In this document: positions 59,956 through 64,000 of the stretch, one piece after another
Layout: each line of letters opens with the position of its first letter
Position numbering within the stretch: position 1 is the stretch's first letter
Made by a program: the position numbers and the translations under genes
DNA from: Scyliorhinus canicula
Lineage: Eukaryota
Length of the DNA: 64,000 nt
Reading direction: 5' to 3'
Assembly (NCBI RefSeq): GCF_902713615.1
Contig: NC_052147.1
Location: 16,941,865 to 17,005,864 of the forward strand
Notes under the pieces: generated by a model
The model's database searches: none
What the model was told of the DNA's origin: nothing
Seen by the model: only the letters and a program-made list of their open reading frames with translations

Positions 59956-61319
59956 TTTCTTTACACCTGTGTTTCTGTAAGTTTTCCAATGTGACCCCAT
60001 TCTAACATTTGAAAATAAATGAGATCCCAAATATAGGATGTATACAATCAGTATATAATGATTAAAGTACATGTAAAGTACACGATGGACATATAATACA
60101 CCACACACACACGTATATTTATGAAAATTTGTGTTATTATTTTATGTACTCATCAAACCATAATTCAGCTGAGCCATTCCAGCTCATCAACTTTGGCAGG
60201 AAGTAGAGGACGGCACGGTGGCTCAGAAGTTAGCACTGGGACTGCGGCACTGAGGACCCGGGTTCGAATCCCGGCCCTGGGCTACTACCTGTGTGGAGTT
60301 TGCACATTTTCCCTATGTTTGCGTGGGTTTCACCCCCACAGCCCAAAGATGTGCTGGTGAGGTGGGTTGGCCACGCTAAATTGCCTCTTAATTGGAAAAA
60401 GAAAAATAATTGGCTACTCTAAAATTAAAAAAAAAACTTTGGCAGGAAGTGGAGGACATGATTGATGTTCACATTTGCATTCAACATCACAGATCCATCA
60501 CACAAAGGTTCACAAAAGGCCAGCTTGTCATAATTGTTTTAAATGTGAGACAAGCTAAGTTTAAAAAAAGATTTCAAATGAAGATTTCAAATTATATAAA
60601 ATAATATTCATAGTTCCAGAAGCTTCAGTTTCACTGTGGACTCTGCTACCAACAATGCAGCTTTAACATAAAATTGATTCAATTCACAAGGTAAGTTATC
60701 TTACCTGAATATGGAGCTGCGCCTCTCTCTACCTGAGGTCGGTTTTTATGAGGAACATGCAGAATAGATGCTCATGAATAGGCATAGAACATAATGTGCA
60801 ATTATTAGCCACTGAGATTTCAACCAAGCTCTCCATATTCCCCAGTGACAGAAGATTCAATGAAGTTCCTCTCCCTCCAACTTCAGCAATCCACCCGCAT
60901 TGCCTCCCACAATTACACACACTGCATTTGTGTGTCCATTTTTAAATGGTCTTGAGAGGGAAGAAAACATTTCCCAAACTGAGATAGGAGCGGGGTTGGA
61001 TGCCACCTGGATTCAGCATCAGTTTGGGGTGCATTTTTGGAGAGGGGGAGCTTGCTGACCATTACAAATGGGAAATATTAGTTGATAATATGTAAATAAT
61101 TCTAAATGGGAACTAAATTGCAACATAAATAGTAGAATTGTCAGAGAAAAATCATTCACAGTTTGAAAATGATAGAATATTCATAGAGAAATCATTCCCA
61201 ACTAGTATTGGGTGTTTCCCATTACGACTAAAGTCTAATCCTTGTAGGAAGTAAGCTGTTTTGTGTCTTTGGTCACCTGCTTTGCAGGAGTCAGCTTTTC
61301 TTGAAACCAGACTGAGTGC

Positions 61320-62724
61320 TGTGGTGATATGCCTGTCGATAATAGGTGGCTATGTACACAGCAGTGTGACCTCCCACCAGCAGGTGGCGTCAGATATAAG
61401 TCAGGGCCATCCGGCTATCGAGGGAAGGTTTTAAGGCGTACATGAGGACAGTCATGCATAAGGGTAGTTCCAGGAGAGTCTAATGTAACTCTATGATAAC
61501 TTGCTCTGTATCTGATCGTTCACCTTACCACGTGTACATTAATAAATCCTAGTTCTGGCTAAGTCACCAGCAGGCCCAGCCTAATGAAAGGCGAATGCTG
61601 CTCACGGTGGCAGGTCCTCAAGCAATTGAACTGTATAATACTTTTGCTTTTGACAATGAGGAGAGGAGTAAGCGATACGATAACGTAATTGGATACCTTG
61701 ATCGACATTGCGCCCCCAAAAAGAATGAGACATTCGAGAGATACATGCTCCGCATGCGTACCCAGAAACCTGGCAAATCTGTCGACAGTTTTGTCAATGA
61801 CGTGAGGCTGAAGGCCCAGTCCTGAAATTTCAGTAGCCTGAAATCTTCTATGATCCACGACTAATTGTGTTTGGTATATCAAACGATAAGCTACGTGAGA
61901 AGTTTCTGCGGGAAGAAGATGTGCTACTGGAACAAGGAATAAAGATTTGCCATGCAAGTGAGTTAGCTGCACAGCATCTCAGTACACTCTGCTCGATGCA
62001 TTTTGGTGCCAACATAGAGGGAGACGCCAGAGCCATTAGCGCTGTGATGCACATCATAAAGAAATGTAGTCTCAGTGTGGGCGGCCATTTTAAGCAGCTG
62101 ACAGGAGCCGCCCTCATGTGCCAGAAATGTGGCAATCGACATGGCCCACGGCAATGTCTGGCCTTTGGAAAAGTCTGTTCCAGGTACGGCCGTCTTGGTC
62201 ATTTTGTGAAACTGTGTTTTTCGCCTCCTACAGTGGACCAAATCAGATCAGTTGAGGCAGTGGATCAGATGTCTCCGCACGACCAGTTCTTCATCGATCT
62301 CATCGCAACCAAGGACCAGAAGAGTCCGACTCTTAAAGATGAAGATATATTCTCAAAAAATAACGACGTTAGTACAAACAAACTTGAAGCCATCAAAACC
62401 AGGTGGAAAAGGTTAGTGTTCTATAATGACTCCTTGGTACGATGCAATCTCAACATCCGAATGAGAGCCAACCTCCTCAGTCAGTCCGCTTTGCACAGGC
62501 TGAACGCGCAGCCAAACCAGGAGTGCTGGTACACTACGGTACGAAAAAGATGGAGACATTTGGTGAATGTGAACTTTAGCTTAGTGCGCACGATACAATG
62601 TACATGTTACCATTTTATATTGTGGACATGAAAATCGAGTCCATCATCATAGGAGCAGATGCATGTGAATCCTTGAACCTAGTTGAGCGACTGTACATTC
62701 CAGAAGATGGGTGGCCAGGCAAAT
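61320..62724 (+). mobile_element. Degenerate Gypsy-type element: partial LTR, gag and protease
   Basis: TGTGGTG start, GATATAAG, AATAAA 61541; LLTVAGPQAIELYNTF, PKKNETFERY, CQKCGNRH..C..FGKVC...GH...C, IGADACESLNLVER; several stops and a frameshift. Confidence 0.8.
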
Positions 62725-62730
62725 AGATTA

Positions 62731-63076
62731 TCATAGAATTTACAGTGCAGAAGGAGGCCAATTGGCCCATCGAGTCTGCACCTGCTCTTGGAAAGAGCAC
62801 TCTACCCAAGTTAACACCTCCACCCTATCCCCATAACTCAGTAACCCCACCCAGCACTAAGGGCAATTTTGGACACTAAGGGCAATTTATCATGCCCATT
62901 TCACCTAACCTGCACATCTTTGGACTGTGGGAGGAAACCGGAGCACACGGAGGAAACCCACACAGACACGGGGAGGAAGTGCAGACTCTGCACAGACAGT
63001 GACCCAAGCCGGAATCGAACCTGGGACCCTGGAGCTGTGAAGCCATTGTGCTATCCGCAATGCTACCGTGCTGCCC
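62731..63076 (-). mobile_element. HE1/V-SINE copy
   Basis: Full head/core/tail; flanked by the duplication AGATTATCATAG (62725-62736, 63094-63105). Confidence 0.85.
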
Positions 63077-63104
63077 TACTACAAATCCCTAAAAGATTAT
63101 CATA

Positions 63105-63682
63105 GTGCAGTCATTCAATGAGGATCTAGCGGATGTACAGGTGGAGGATGATAAATCGGATGAAGAGACAGAAGAGCCAAAGAGCATTCCGCAATTCTGG
63201 TTAACAGTCTTCAAGAAGGTGTATGTACTCAGTGGCATGATAAAAGAGCATGATGAGCCTGAATTAAAGCATCTACACAATGTGAATGTTAAATGTTCAG
63301 GGCATGAAAAGCCGAGTAGCTTCACTCTGGAGTTTACGTTTGAGCCGAATGAGTACTTTACAAATGAGGTGATAATGAAAGTATACCAGATGGATTCGCG
63401 GCCTGACAAGCTTAAATCTTTATTCCTTGATGAACTAGAAATGATAGACTGAAAGAAATGATAAAATGTCACGTTGAAAACAATTAAAACTAAACCGAAG
63501 CCCAAGGTTCGAAGTATTTAATTTCTTCAGTCCTCCTGAAGTTCCACAGCATGAAATGTTAAATAGGAGTTTGGCAGCAAAACTCGATGCTGACTTTAAA
63601 ATTGGCTGCCTCCTGAGCGAATACATAATTCCGTGTGCAATGTTGTATTTTACAAGAGAAATCATTGTAGACGATGCAGACG
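63105..63682 (+). pseudogene. Intronless NAP1L1/NAP1L4-like (nucleosome assembly protein) retrocopy fragment
   Basis: EEPKSIPQFWLTVFK, EHDEPELKHL, FTLEFTFEPNEYFTNEV, NVTLKTIK, FNFFSPPEVP, ADFKIG..L...IIP..LYFT; stops, deletions and a frameshift. Confidence 0.85.
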
Positions 63683-64000
63683 CCGAGAGCATCCTATATG
63701 GCTGCATCACAGCTTGGAATAGCAACTGCTCGGTCCAAGATCGCAAGAAGCTGCAGAGTGGTGAACTCAGCCCAACCCATCACTCAAGCTTGCCACCCCA
63801 CATTGATTCTGTCTACACCTCCCACTGCCTCAGGAAGGCAGACAGCATTATCAGAGACCCCTCCCACCCAGGCATTGCCTTCTTCCAGACCCTTCCATCA
63901 GGCAGAAGGTACAGAAGTCTGAAAACCCGCACATCCAGATATAGGAACAACTTCATCCCCACAGCTACTGGACTCCTCAATGACTATCCCTCGGACTGAT
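63683..64000 (+). mobile_element. Rex1/Babar-like LINE 3' fragment
   Basis: ESILYGCITAW..NC..QDRKKLQ and DPSHPG..FFQTLPSGRRYRS..TRTSR. Confidence 0.75.

Noticed and set aside
60703-60760. Upstream non-coding exon of the protease gene (CAG|GTAAGA donor, CATAAAAA upstream)
   Set aside because: Plausible but supported only by short motifs; needs transcript data

Overview
Vertebrate genomic DNA, most likely a cartilaginous fish (shark), judged from dense HE1/V-SINE-type SINEs plus CR1, L1-like and Penelope remnants. Host genes: a probable ISCA2 first exon head-to-head with NPC2 across a CpG-island promoter; two intact, diverged tandem NPC2 paralogs (4 coding exons each); and a 3-exon minus-strand C1r/MASP/haptoglobin-family gene that lacks CUB/EGF/CCP domains and has Thr in place of the catalytic Ser. 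The main feature is a very young, apparently intact 9,820-bp retrovirus-like provirus (38985-48804, minus strand). It has LTRs identical by eye, a 4-bp TSD, a tRNA-Arg PBS, gag-UGA-pro-pol in one frame and a dual RNase H. It has no env: that position holds a densely structured ~750-nt region and a 117-aa single-pass membrane protein with a FAST-fusogen-like layout. The window end holds a decayed Gypsy gag-protease followed in frame (after removing a SINE) by an intronless NAP1-like domain. All calls were made by eye; no searches or folding were run, and repeat boundaries are approximate unless TSDs are given.
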